A program made the translations under genes and the position numbers. This document shows positions 30,216 to 38,679 of a DNA stretch of 64,000 nt, one piece after another (the stretch's first letter is position 1; every line of letters begins with the position of its first letter). The stretch covers positions 10,331-74,330 of the forward strand of contig CAITVN010000238.1 in NCBI GenBank assembly GCA_903895855.1, given 5' to 3'. The notes beneath the pieces are model-generated. The model was given only the letters and a program-made list of their open reading frames with translations. It was not told where the DNA came from and searched no databases. This DNA is from Oligoflexia bacterium (GTDB lineage: Bacteria; Bdellovibrionota; UBA1018).

Positions 30216-31037
30216 TTGCCCGACGTTTTCTTAAGCCCCGATTATCGGGCCTACTTAAAGAGTTGGATTTCAAATCAACCCAACAGAGGCCGCGGCTCAG
30301 TCTCTACTCTGGCGCGCGCAGCTCGCTGTCAGCCCGCCTATTTTTCGCGCGTACTGTCTGAAAAAGCGCAATTAAGCCCTGAACAGGGATTCGCTATTCA
30401 AAAAGTGCTCGGGCACTCAATCGAAGAAACACAGTTTTTCATGTTACTTCTTGATTGGGATCGCGCAGGTGACTCAGCATTAAAGCATTTTTACGCGAAC
30501 AAAATTGAACGCGAACGCGAGGCGAGAACTGACCTTCGCAAACGATTTAAAGACGCGCCAACCTTAAGTCGTGAGCATCAAGTCACCTACTACGGTTCGG
30601 CCCATTATGTTGCGATTCACACGTGCATTTCGATTTCAAGCCTGCAAACGGTCGATGCCGTAGCCAAGTTTTTGAATATTCCGCGAGAACGAACTCTCGA
30701 GGTTCTTAATTTTCTCGCCGAAACTGGACTGGCTATCGAAGAAAAAGGTCGGTGGAGAATCGGACAAAATCGACTTCACTTGGGTCGAAACTCTGATCTC
30801 ATTCGCAATCACCATTCGAATTGGAGAATTGAAGCGATCAAATCTCTCGACCGTGGCAAGGGTGCTCAAGGCGGCGAGTCTTTGCATTACTCGGCGGTGG
30901 TGACTCTTTCACAAGCTGATGTTGTGCGATTGAAAGAACACTTCATTCGTTCACTCGAAGAATTCAGTCAGATTGTGGCAGCGTCGCCTGAAGAAACGGC
31001 ACGAGCCATCACGCTTGATTTTTTTTCGCTAGATTGA
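30216..31037 (+). CDS. TIGR02147/DUF4423 family HTH protein
   Basis: DYRAYLK, HTH (LARAARCQPAYFSRVL), YYGSAHYVAIH, HHSNWR, HYSAVVTLS, C-terminal LDFF. Confidence 0.85.
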   Translation: MPDVFLSPDYRAYLKSWISNQPNRGRGSVSTLARAARCQPAYFSRVLSEKAQLSPEQGFAIQKVLGHSIEETQFFMLLLDWDRAGDSALKHFYANKIEREREARTDLRKRFKDAPTLSREHQVTYYGSAHYVAIHTCISISSLQTVDAVAKFLNIPRERTLEVLNFLAETGLAIEEKGRWRIGQNRLHLGRNSDLIRNHHSNWRIEAIKSLDRGKGAQGGESLHYSAVVTLSQADVVRLKEHFIRSLEEFSQIVAASPEETARAITLDFFSLD

Positions 31038-31102
31038 ACTTAAACCAGCATCGTCCCCTGTATAGATAACAGATCGTCCTTGTTGCCGGGCGGAAATGTA
31101 TT

Positions 31103-31534
31103 TCATTTTCTCTCCCTCTCGGCGCCATCTACCCACATCAATACACGAGTATGATGGTGTCCGTTAAAACCATGAAATAGATGACCCACCAATTTCAGCC
31201 TCTGACCAACCGACCTTCGGATGACAGCCTCAACGGCCTTGCCCGCCCAGGTTAACTGAAGAACCCTGACTCCGACTTCAGGTTCAGCATTACCGTCCGC
31301 ATTGTTTTTTGCAAGTTGAACGTCAATCGCTACCGGGAGTCGCAAATACCACCCCCGCTCGACCTCATCACCGGCCTTGATACTATGGTATTCAGGCCGG
31401 CCTGGAAACGTCTGCTGTTCAATCACGCCAAAAACCTGCACATTTTCGGGCTCATAATGAGCCACACCAGTTGTTGCAACTACGACGGTTGGTGAAAGAA
31501 CAGATAGACTGATAAGAACTAAAAATATCTTCAT
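31103..31534 (-). CDS. DUF4431-like secreted protein
   Basis: Signal peptide; GHLFHGFNGHHHTRVLM motif. Confidence 0.65.
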   Translation of the reverse strand: MKIFLVLISLSVLSPTVVVATTGVAHYEPENVQVFGVIEQQTFPGRPEYHSIKAGDEVERGWYLRLPVAIDVQLAKNNADGNAEPEVGVRVLQLTWAGKAVEAVIRRSVGQRLKLVGHLFHGFNGHHHTRVLMWVDGAERERK

Positions 31535-31862
31535 CTTTTACTCCCAGCCAGATTTGAGCTTCGTGATGACGAAAGCATTATTTCCCAGTTTTGCCTGATG
31601 AACCCACTCTTCAGTTAGGTTTGCCATTTCAAAATCCCATATCGCGGGCCAAAGTCGGTTTCAACTTTGAAATCTTTTATTTTTTGATTGACTGAATTTT
31701 GGACGTTGTTTCTTCCGCTCTACTCGACTCAAACTTCACGGCTAACCTCTTTTGAACAAAAATCGCTCAAATTCTCAGCAAAAAGGCTCTGAAGCGCACA
31801 TAAAAAATAACCTACTTTTAGAAAGCCGCACAATTGGTAGCACAGCACTCAATTGAGTTCGC

Positions 31863-33071
31863 CTAGGCCAGCGCCCCCCAGGGTATGATTTGGACGTTGT
31901 CATGAAATCGTTGCGAGGTTGAAGAAAGCAAAAGTACTGGGTGGTAGATTTGATTGATCAATTGATTGTTGCGGGCGAGTGCCTTCTCAAAACTCTTAAA
32001 AATTTCAAGATCGCGTTTGTCGAATTTTTCTTTATACAACGCTTGTAGAGCTAAGCAAATTTTTTGGTTATCATCATCGACAACGAAAGAAAGGGTTGAG
32101 CCTTTTGTTGTTCTATAATAACTAAAACGCCTTTTTGAAGGGGCGGCCAGAAGAGCCCGCTTTGCGCTCAATTCTTGTAAAATCCAAGTTTCAAGCGCTC
32201 GTTGCTTTGAGGCCCCCAAGAATCGTGCGATTCCCGAATCACAAAGGTAGTAGCGGTCTTTGCCAGTACCAGAAATATGGGGTTTTAGTCGCTGTACGAC
32301 GAAGAGAAGTTCAAGGCCTGCCAGGTGTTTTTCGACTACCTTTACTGAGGAGCCTACTTTTTTGCTGATATCACTAGCGATGGGATTTTCGATGGTAGCC
32401 ACCAAGCGCAAAATTTCTCGCGCTAAGTCTGAGTCTAATCGACTTCTCGGAATTTGATGAATGTCACGATTACAGGTGAGACTCACCCAATCTTCAAAAA
32501 GCCCCTCACGTTCTTCGTCAGAGCGAACTGCAAAAATTCCGGGCATTCCGCCGCGTTCTAGCATCTGCAAAACGGATTCAAGTCCGACCCGAGGTTCACT
32601 AAAAAGTATTCCGTGCAGGTCGCCCGTCTTGTGAGCAAGCTCACAGCACTCGCCGACCGTCATAGGGTACAGGCGTAGCCGACTCAAGCGACCCGTGAGT
32701 GATTCTTGAATTCGAAATTGGTGCGAAAATTCAGTTGAACCCAATAAAACGTAGCGGCCAGGCGAAGGGTCTTCGTCGACCCGCACCTTAATCGCGTCGA
32801 AAATTTGGGGCACTTTCTGCGCTTCATCGATCACAAGAGGGCTCGCCTGAGACCGTTCTGCCAAAAATAGGTCTGGGTTTGCGCTTGCAAAGGTTCTTGT
32901 TTCAGCGAGGTCAAAGCGTTCAAGTTTGAGATTGGGGTGTGTGGCTTTTAGAAAGTGAGTGGTCAGAAAGCTTTTGCCGCATTGCCTGGGGCCTTGCACG
33001 GCCACGACCCGCGCAAATTTGAGTTTCTTCTCTAATTTTGAAAAAGCATACCGTCGTCGAAAATGGGGCAT
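31863..33071 (-). CDS. AAA_14 ATPase with DUF4143 domain
   Basis: GPRQCGKS, IDEAQKVP, LLGS, ESLTGR, GGMP, YLCDSG. Confidence 0.85.
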   Translation of the reverse strand: MPHFRRRYAFSKLEKKLKFARVVAVQGPRQCGKSFLTTHFLKATHPNLKLERFDLAETRTFASANPDLFLAERSQASPLVIDEAQKVPQIFDAIKVRVDEDPSPGRYVLLGSTEFSHQFRIQESLTGRLSRLRLYPMTVGECCELAHKTGDLHGILFSEPRVGLESVLQMLERGGMPGIFAVRSDEEREGLFEDWVSLTCNRDIHQIPRSRLDSDLAREILRLVATIENPIASDISKKVGSSVKVVEKHLAGLELLFVVQRLKPHISGTGKDRYYLCDSGIARFLGASKQRALETWILQELSAKRALLAAPSKRRFSYYRTTKGSTLSFVVDDDNQKICLALQALYKEKFDKRDLEIFKSFEKALARNNQLINQIYHPVLLLSSTSQRFHDNVQIIPWGALA

Positions 33072-33198
33072 ATGAACCTCACACCGGTCTAATTATATCC
33101 CATAATGGCAAAAAAATGGAAGGGTATACTGGTTTTGGCGGTAAAAAGAGAAGCTACGACGTCCAAGCGAGCAAAAAGGGAGGCCGCACCAATCAGAC

Positions 33199-33243
33199 TG
33201 CCTAAAAGTAGGTATTGTATTGCCTAAATCTAGGCAGTATACT
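33199..33243 (+). promoter_or_regulatory. Sigma70-like promoter overlapped by two palindromic operators
   Basis: TGCCTA-N4-TAGG(T/C)A twice at 22-bp period; TTGTAT-17-TATACT, then GTG at 33247. Confidence 0.6.
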
Positions 33244-33246
33244 TAA

Positions 33247-33516
33247 GTGATCGAAATGTTTTGGGAAAAATCAAATTGGGAGTCTAACGGTGAACACCTC
33301 ACTCGCGTAATGGAGATGCCGTTTCGTCGAGAGTTGCCCAAAGTTGAGATCAGCAAAGGTCTCTACGTGATTCGAGGCCCCAGACAAGTGGGCAAATCGT
33401 CATGGTTGAAAACGTTACTCAGTCAAACGATTCAGGAGCACTCAGGCAAAGACTGTTTCTATGAGTCGTGTGAAGAAATAGAAGATTACCGGCACCGTGG
33501 TGGTCTTCAACGTTGA
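33247..33516 (+). pseudogene. Truncated AAA_14 ATPase (N-terminal ~80 aa)
   Basis: GLYVIRGPRQVGKSSWLK Walker A, then stops before Walker B. Confidence 0.75.
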
Positions 33517-33574
33517 CAGTCTTCGGAAGCATTTGCATTCTCGGTTTAGCTATTCGATAGAATAGGCCATCAAG

Positions 33575-34155
33575 ATGAATAAGAAGGTAATTGAAATTAT
33601 TGCGGGCCCGAATGGTAGCGGAAAATCTACCTTCGCTGAATCGTACTTCTCGAAAAAAAAGTTCGTCAATTTATTAATCCTAACATCATTGCCGCGGGTC
33701 TATCACCGACGAATAGTGAACAGGCGGCTTTTCAGGCGGGCAGGTTGATGTTGACGACAATTAAAGAGTCGCTAAAAAATGTCGAGAGTTTTGGTTTTGA
33801 GTCTACTCTGTCTGGTAAAACGTGGATTCCAATTTTGCGTGAGGCCCAAACTAGAGGCTACGAGATCGTTATCTATTTTTTGTACTTAGAAAAGGTCGCT
33901 GAAAATATTCGTCGCATTAAGATTCGCGTGGCTCAAGGGGGGCATTCAATTCCGGCTGAGACTGTGCGGCGAAGGCATCCCAGGGTTTTCGAAAATTTCT
34001 GGACACTTTCTCGGCCGCTATCTTCGAATTGGTTAATTGTCAATAATTCGGGAAAATCGCCAAAACAGATTCACAATAAAAAAACTTTCTCGGCTTTGTT
34101 GCCAAGAGATCAAACTCGTTTTGAAGTGAACTTCTTAAAAGGGCTCATCAAATGA
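33575..34155 (+). CDS. Zeta-toxin-like P-loop kinase/ATPase split by a -1 frameshift
   Basis: MNKKVIEIIAGPNGSGKSTF in frame 0; FINPNIIAAGLSP..AGRLML..FESTLSG..RVAQGGH in the -1 frame; A8 tract at 33653-33660. Confidence 0.75.
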
Positions 34156-34328
34156 ATAAAAGAGATGAGAAAATTATTCAGGCAGCCCTCGATGACATGC
34201 CTCGTATCGTTGCCCAAAAAAGACGGCGCGCCAAAGCGCGAAAGATTTTTGTAGAAAAGACATTCGGAAAGTTCGTGCGCGAAATTGAGAGAGAAAAGAA
34301 GCGCGCTGAATTGAAGAAGAAAGCGTGA
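34152..34328 (+). CDS. Small basic partner protein (58 aa), putative antitoxin; not in the ORF track
   Basis: ATGA overlap with the zeta-like gene; MNKRDEKIIQAALDDMPRIVAQKRRRAK... Confidence 0.6.
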   Translation: MNKRDEKIIQAALDDMPRIVAQKRRRAKARKIFVEKTFGKFVREIEREKKRAELKKKA

Positions 34329-34385
34329 GCCCGTTTTAACTTATTAGTGTTTTCGGTTTTGATTGAAACCTTCGTCAAAACGCAG

Positions 34386-34419
34386 AAGTCCCTCGCCTAC
34401 CAAGGCATTGAATTTGAGC
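34386..34419 (+). repeat. Partial copy A of the ~67-bp cassette-boundary repeat
   Basis: aagtccctcgcctaccaaggcattgaatttgagc, 28/34 identical to copy C. Confidence 0.7.
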
Positions 34420-34421
34420 CT

Positions 34422-35732
34422 CTAGAGACCTAAAAGAAACTCATCAATTGTCACCCCCCTGGTCTGGAGACCCTCAAATTTGGAGGTTCCAATCACCTGA
34501 AGTTTGGCCTGTCGACCAAAGACTTTTGAAAACCATGAAAACTCAAGGGCCGACGTTTGACCACGCTTGACTTCGATAAAATGCGAATCATCAATCACGA
34601 AATCAAGCTCGTGGTCAGGGCTCTGCCAATAATCTAGAGATTCGGCCAAATCGCCCGAGGCAATTGCAGATCGACGAAAAAGCTCTTGGGCTACGAGCCA
34701 CTCCAAAAATTTCGCCTGCTCAGTCTCTTTGAGTGAGTCGAAGTCGTCAATCGTTCGCATTTGCTGATCGTACCAACTCAGGGCTACCAAAGTATTGGTG
34801 AAACGAAACTGGCAGGGAAATCGAGCAATTGAAACTTTCTTATTATGATCGTATCTGAATCCCGGGGCCACAACCATGAGGTCTTGCAGTAACTGCACGT
34901 AACCCTGGGCTACCGTGTTATTGGCAAGGCCAGCATCGCGTGCCAGGCTCGAATAGCCAAACGGTGTACCGCCGGCGCGAAAAATGATTTGCAGAATCTT
35001 CTTTAGGGTTGAGCGGCTTCTGTCGGCCGCGGCGACCTCGCCTTGAATCCATTCACGGGTTAAAGTCACGAGATATTCCGGAATTTTCTTGTTGATAATC
35101 AACTCTGATGCAGCAATGGGACTACCACCCGTTAAGAGATACGCTTTCCAGGATTGGGCTCCGAAAATCGGTTTAGCGTGTCGTTCGAATATTTTATAGC
35201 TCATGGGTGTAAAAATATACTGGGTGCGCTCTAACTTACCCTTGCGGCCAGGGAGTCGTTCGTGCCCCCTTCGAAGATCGAGCGCCTTTGAGCCTGTCGT
35301 GACAATCAAGAGATCTCGAATTTCGCCCGCATCGGCCAGACGTTTGATCGAAGTCTCCCATTTGTCGACGGTCGTAATTTCGTCGATAAAAAGGCGCTTG
35401 AGTTTTGCCTTTGGCGAAAAGGCGGCGAGCAGTTCGCGAATTTTTTCGCTGAGGTCTTGGTGACTCGTGAGTTCGTCACCATTGAGGTAAAAACTTGAAG
35501 CTGGCCCATTCTCTAGGGCTGAAGTCCGAAGCTGACCTTCAAGCCAGGTGCTTTTGCCAAACTGCCTGGGGCCTCGAATTGAAATGAAGCCAGGCTGTTT
35601 GGGTAGATTTTTGAGACCGAAATCGACTTCAAATTTCAACGGTTGTAGGCTCAGGTTTTCAAGTCTAGGAAAAAGCCCCAGGTGGTTGAGTTCGCCAAGA
35701 GCCAAAAAGCGGTTCATTTCATTAACGTTCAT
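34422..35732 (-). CDS. AAA_14 ATPase with DUF4143 / PD-(D/E)xK C-terminus
   Basis: GPRQFGKST, FIDEIT, TTGS, ERLPGR, TGGSP, ELDFV...IEVK. Confidence 0.85.
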   Translation of the reverse strand: MNVNEMNRFLALGELNHLGLFPRLENLSLQPLKFEVDFGLKNLPKQPGFISIRGPRQFGKSTWLEGQLRTSALENGPASSFYLNGDELTSHQDLSEKIRELLAAFSPKAKLKRLFIDEITTVDKWETSIKRLADAGEIRDLLIVTTGSKALDLRRGHERLPGRKGKLERTQYIFTPMSYKIFERHAKPIFGAQSWKAYLLTGGSPIAASELIINKKIPEYLVTLTREWIQGEVAAADRSRSTLKKILQIIFRAGGTPFGYSSLARDAGLANNTVAQGYVQLLQDLMVVAPGFRYDHNKKVSIARFPCQFRFTNTLVALSWYDQQMRTIDDFDSLKETEQAKFLEWLVAQELFRRSAIASGDLAESLDYWQSPDHELDFVIDDSHFIEVKRGQTSALEFSWFSKVFGRQAKLQVIGTSKFEGLQTRGVTIDEFLLGL

Positions 35733-35768
35733 ACCGTTAGTGTATCAAACGTTTATAACGTTAGTCAA
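35722..35768 (-). promoter_or_regulatory. Tandem operator/promoter of the 35732 ATPase
   Basis: actaacgttataaacgtt / actaacggtatgaacgtt at 22-bp period, the second containing the ATG; TTGACT...TACACT. Confidence 0.55.
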
Positions 35769-35779
35769 TTGCTCGTAAA

Positions 35780-35846
35780 AAGCCCCTCGCCTGCTCAGTC
35801 TTTTAACTTGAGCTGCGAAGGGCTTCTTGCGATTGGGGGGGGGGCT
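35780..35846 (+). repeat. Copy B of the ~67-bp hairpin repeat
   Basis: 61/67 identical to 36821-36887. Confidence 0.9.
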
Positions 35847-35911
35847 CGTCTTGAGCTTTCAATGACCAAAGGTTGGGTTTCAGGGCACGACCCACGCTTC
35901 AAAAAACCAAT

Positions 35912-35952
35912 TTGACTCTTTTTATTAGTCATATTACTCTTTAAAAGAGTCA
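35912..35952 (+). promoter_or_regulatory. Promoter with two palindromic operators upstream of the wHTH gene
   Basis: tgactctttttattagtca and ttactctttaaaagagtca (21-bp period); TTGACT-17-TACTCT. Confidence 0.65.
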
Positions 35953-36287
35953 TGATTATATCAGCCCTTTTTGGAAGTGAAACCGCCGAGAAAGCCCTCC
36001 TCTACTTAGAGAACTACGGCTCCGGCTATCCCAGGGGGATCGCAAGAACCTTTGGTTTGGCGGTCGGACAAATCCAAAAGCAACTCGAAAAGTTCGAGCG
36101 TGAAGGAGTTCTTGCGAGCCGACTCGTTGGGCGTACTCGCGTCTATGAGTGGAATCCCAGATGCTTCTATCTCGCTGAATTAAGAGGAATACTTAGCAAA
36201 TCACTCAAACAGCTGCCACCGCCGATTATCGAGAAATTCTTCAGAGAACGCACTCGCCCTAGAAAAAAGGGGAAACCCCTTTTATGA
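35952..36287 (+). CDS. Winged-helix DNA-binding protein (putative antitoxin/regulator)
   Basis: LFGSETAEKALLYL..YPRGIARTFG..IQKQLEKFE.EGVL.SR.VGRTRVY. Confidence 0.8.
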   Translation: MIISALFGSETAEKALLYLENYGSGYPRGIARTFGLAVGQIQKQLEKFEREGVLASRLVGRTRVYEWNPRCFYLAELRGILSKSLKQLPPPIIEKFFRERTRPRKKGKPLL

Positions 36288-36820
36288 GCGCGATTTCAGA
36301 AATAACTTCACTAGAAGAAATGGGAGCGATCGTCTGCCAGGCGTTAAAAAATCGGGATGTCGAAGCGTTTCTTTCGGGTGGCGCCGTTGTTTCAATTTAT
36401 ACTCAAAACAAATACGAAAGCTTCGACTTAGATTTTATTACCTTTGGCGACCGTAAAAAGATTAAGATAATCATGGAAGAACTTGGCTTTAAGCAGGACA
36501 AGTCGAGATTCTTTATCCACCCAAGTTCCAAATATTTTGTCGAGTTTCCGGGCACAAGCGTCGCAATCGGCGATCAAGCAATCACCGAGTTTGCGGAGCG
36601 AAAAACTGGGACCGAAGTATTGCGATTATTGACACCCACAGATTGCATCAAAGATCGCCTTGCTTCATATATTCACTGGAAAGATCAACAAGCCTTAGAT
36701 CAGGCCGTATGGGTAGCGAAATCCCAACCGTTCAATAGAGTAAAGGTTCAGGATTTTTGCACGAAAGAAGGAAATCGAGCAGCCTACGATGACTTCGCAA
36801 GTCGCCTTCGTGAAAAGTGA
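36284..36820 (+). CDS. Nucleotidyltransferase-fold protein (putative toxin)
   Basis: LSGGAVVSIY...SFDLDF motif; TPTDCIKDRLA; ATGA coupling to the wHTH gene. Confidence 0.7.
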   Translation: MSAISEITSLEEMGAIVCQALKNRDVEAFLSGGAVVSIYTQNKYESFDLDFITFGDRKKIKIIMEELGFKQDKSRFFIHPSSKYFVEFPGTSVAIGDQAITEFAERKTGTEVLRLLTPTDCIKDRLASYIHWKDQQALDQAVWVAKSQPFNRVKVQDFCTKEGNRAAYDDFASRLREK

Positions 36821-36887
36821 AAGCCCCTCGCCCGCCAAGTCTTTGAACTTGAGCTGCGAAGGGCTTCTTGCGATTGAGAGGGGGGCT
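36821..36887 (+). repeat. Copy C of the ~67-bp hairpin repeat
   Basis: aagcccctcgcccgccaagtctttgaacttgagctgcgaagggcttcttgcgattgagaggggggct, starting right after the stop codon. Confidence 0.9.
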
Positions 36888-36933
36888 AGAACTCAATTTG
36901 AGAGCGAAAATCGCTATTAGAGACGGTTGAAGC

Positions 36934-38526
36934 TCAGTTCGATTCCTCTAAAGTCTCGAGTTGTTTTTGGATTTCTTCGGCCTGCTTGAGGTCATCTTTA
37001 GCTCGGTCAGCATAGCTGCTCTGTAATTTTCGAAGTGAAGCTCGTTTTTGCGCAAGCTCGTCTGGTGCCCAACGTTCGCCAACCTTTGAGCTTTCTATGA
37101 CTAATGGTTGTGTGGGGTCAGTCCGGTTTTTGTAATGTGTGAAAATCAAGTCGCCGTCAGCATTGGGCTTGAATTCATCCTGAAAATAGATCATTTGCCC
37201 TGAAAAATCGCGGGCTTTAGCAAGCAAAATTAGAGAGTCAGGGGTTTCGACCACCCAAGAATCGTAAGATTCACGGTGTGTTTTTTTAAGTAAAGCGCGC
37301 TCACTGTCAAGCTCGGCACTTGCTTGAATGCAGCGTTTTCTAAAAGATTCCCAATCGGGGTAAGGTTGAGTCGTAGCCAAAGCATCCGCGCGACTGCACG
37401 TGTGTTGCACTTGGTTGTCAGAAGCTTTCATTTGCGTGGGAATTGGACAAGACACGGTCCAGTCAAGCGACAGTGCGTTGTTGGTTTGTTTCGAGCGGCA
37501 TGCGCTATGAAATTTGCCAAGAAAACCATACCTAAGGTTTCGGCCCCAATCACTGGGCTCTTGATGCTCAATCTCGTTGTCTGATATGAAGAGACTGTCA
37601 AAGAAGGTTTTCGAGAACATCGCTTGATTTAGGTTTAACTGTTCATTCCACTCAGTATCGTATGCTCTGCCCCGCTGCAATAATGGGTCGATTAAGTTGG
37701 TTCTAATGAATACGGTCGACTCGCTTGAAGTGCTATTCTTTTCAACAGCGATTACTACCGTGGAAGGGGTGGAGATGCTTGGCTCGATTGTTTTGTCTGG
37801 AAGCCAATAATACCTGCCTTCAAGGTCTTCGGCTTTGCATCCACCGGCCGCACAGTGAACAGGCGCACGTTTAATCAGACGTTCGTCTTTCGCAATCGTT
37901 GATTTCACGACGAGTCTTCGCTCGAATTTATCTGCCAACGACTCAGTGGTGTGAGTTGAGATCCAGTACTCTGAGTAACCTTGGTAATTGACTTCGAAGC
38001 GGGCTAAAACGGCGTATTCGTGGTGAGTGTTTTTGTAGCGCTCATCGGGAGAGTCAGCGTTGTAGCGTTCGTTGATACAGATGATTCGCGCTTTTGATTT
38101 TTCGGTAGCAAAAAAGTTTCTGCAAGTTTTGGTGATTCCGGCCACTTCAATTCGTTCGTCTTTATCGGTGATGAGAGCTTCTTCGGCCTCAGAACGAAAG
38201 CCGACATCGACAACGCCAGGTTGAAGTAGTCCAGGATTTCTTTCGGTACCCACCATCTTTGCGACGTAGGTTGGATAGTCGACAGTGGTCTCGAGTTTAA
38301 CACCCGGGGGAGGCGTAAAGTCGAGGGCTGCAGCTCCGCCAGCGATGATCCAAGTTAAGTAGTCATTGCGAATGTCTTGAAATTTGATTTCGGCTCCGCG
38401 ACCTCCGCCGCCGCTTTCTGAGCCGGCAAAGCTAAATTGAGGTGTGGCCAACAAAGCCGCCACAGTGAGGGCATAGGCAGTGAGAGTGGTGAAGTGACAA
38501 GATGGGGTTTTCCTAATAGTTGACAT
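36934..38526 (-). CDS. Hypothetical secreted protein with N-terminal GSESGGGG motif
   Basis: Signal peptide ending SFA; Gly-rich start; C-terminal coiled coil. Confidence 0.7.
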   Translation of the reverse strand: MSTIRKTPSCHFTTLTAYALTVAALLATPQFSFAGSESGGGGRGAEIKFQDIRNDYLTWIIAGGAAALDFTPPPGVKLETTVDYPTYVAKMVGTERNPGLLQPGVVDVGFRSEAEEALITDKDERIEVAGITKTCRNFFATEKSKARIICINERYNADSPDERYKNTHHEYAVLARFEVNYQGYSEYWISTHTTESLADKFERRLVVKSTIAKDERLIKRAPVHCAAGGCKAEDLEGRYYWLPDKTIEPSISTPSTVVIAVEKNSTSSESTVFIRTNLIDPLLQRGRAYDTEWNEQLNLNQAMFSKTFFDSLFISDNEIEHQEPSDWGRNLRYGFLGKFHSACRSKQTNNALSLDWTVSCPIPTQMKASDNQVQHTCSRADALATTQPYPDWESFRKRCIQASAELDSERALLKKTHRESYDSWVVETPDSLILLAKARDFSGQMIYFQDEFKPNADGDLIFTHYKNRTDPTQPLVIESSKVGERWAPDELAQKRASLRKLQSSYADRAKDDLKQAEEIQKQLETLEESN

Positions 38527-38679
38527 AAATACTTCTTTCCATCGAGGGGGTGTTTATCATAATTGCCTCGATGCGTCATTAAATAAGGGTTCTGGGTTGT
38601 TTTGCCTACGTAAACTTAATTAAAAAACTGGGTAAAATTTAAGTAAAGCTCAATAAAATACGATAACCTATTATTAGGT

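Noticed and set aside
31538-31630. 29-codon - strand ORF upstream of the DUF4431-like gene
   Set aside because: No recognisable motif; possibly a gene remnant, not supportable
31820-33195. gccgcac(c)aat on both sides of the 31863 ATPase as a target-site duplication
   Set aside because: Too short and imperfect to distinguish from chance
34386-36887. Repeats as a CRISPR array or integron attC sites
   Set aside because: Spacing is 1-1.4 kb, there are no cas genes, no RYYYAAC/GTTRRRY ends and no integrase
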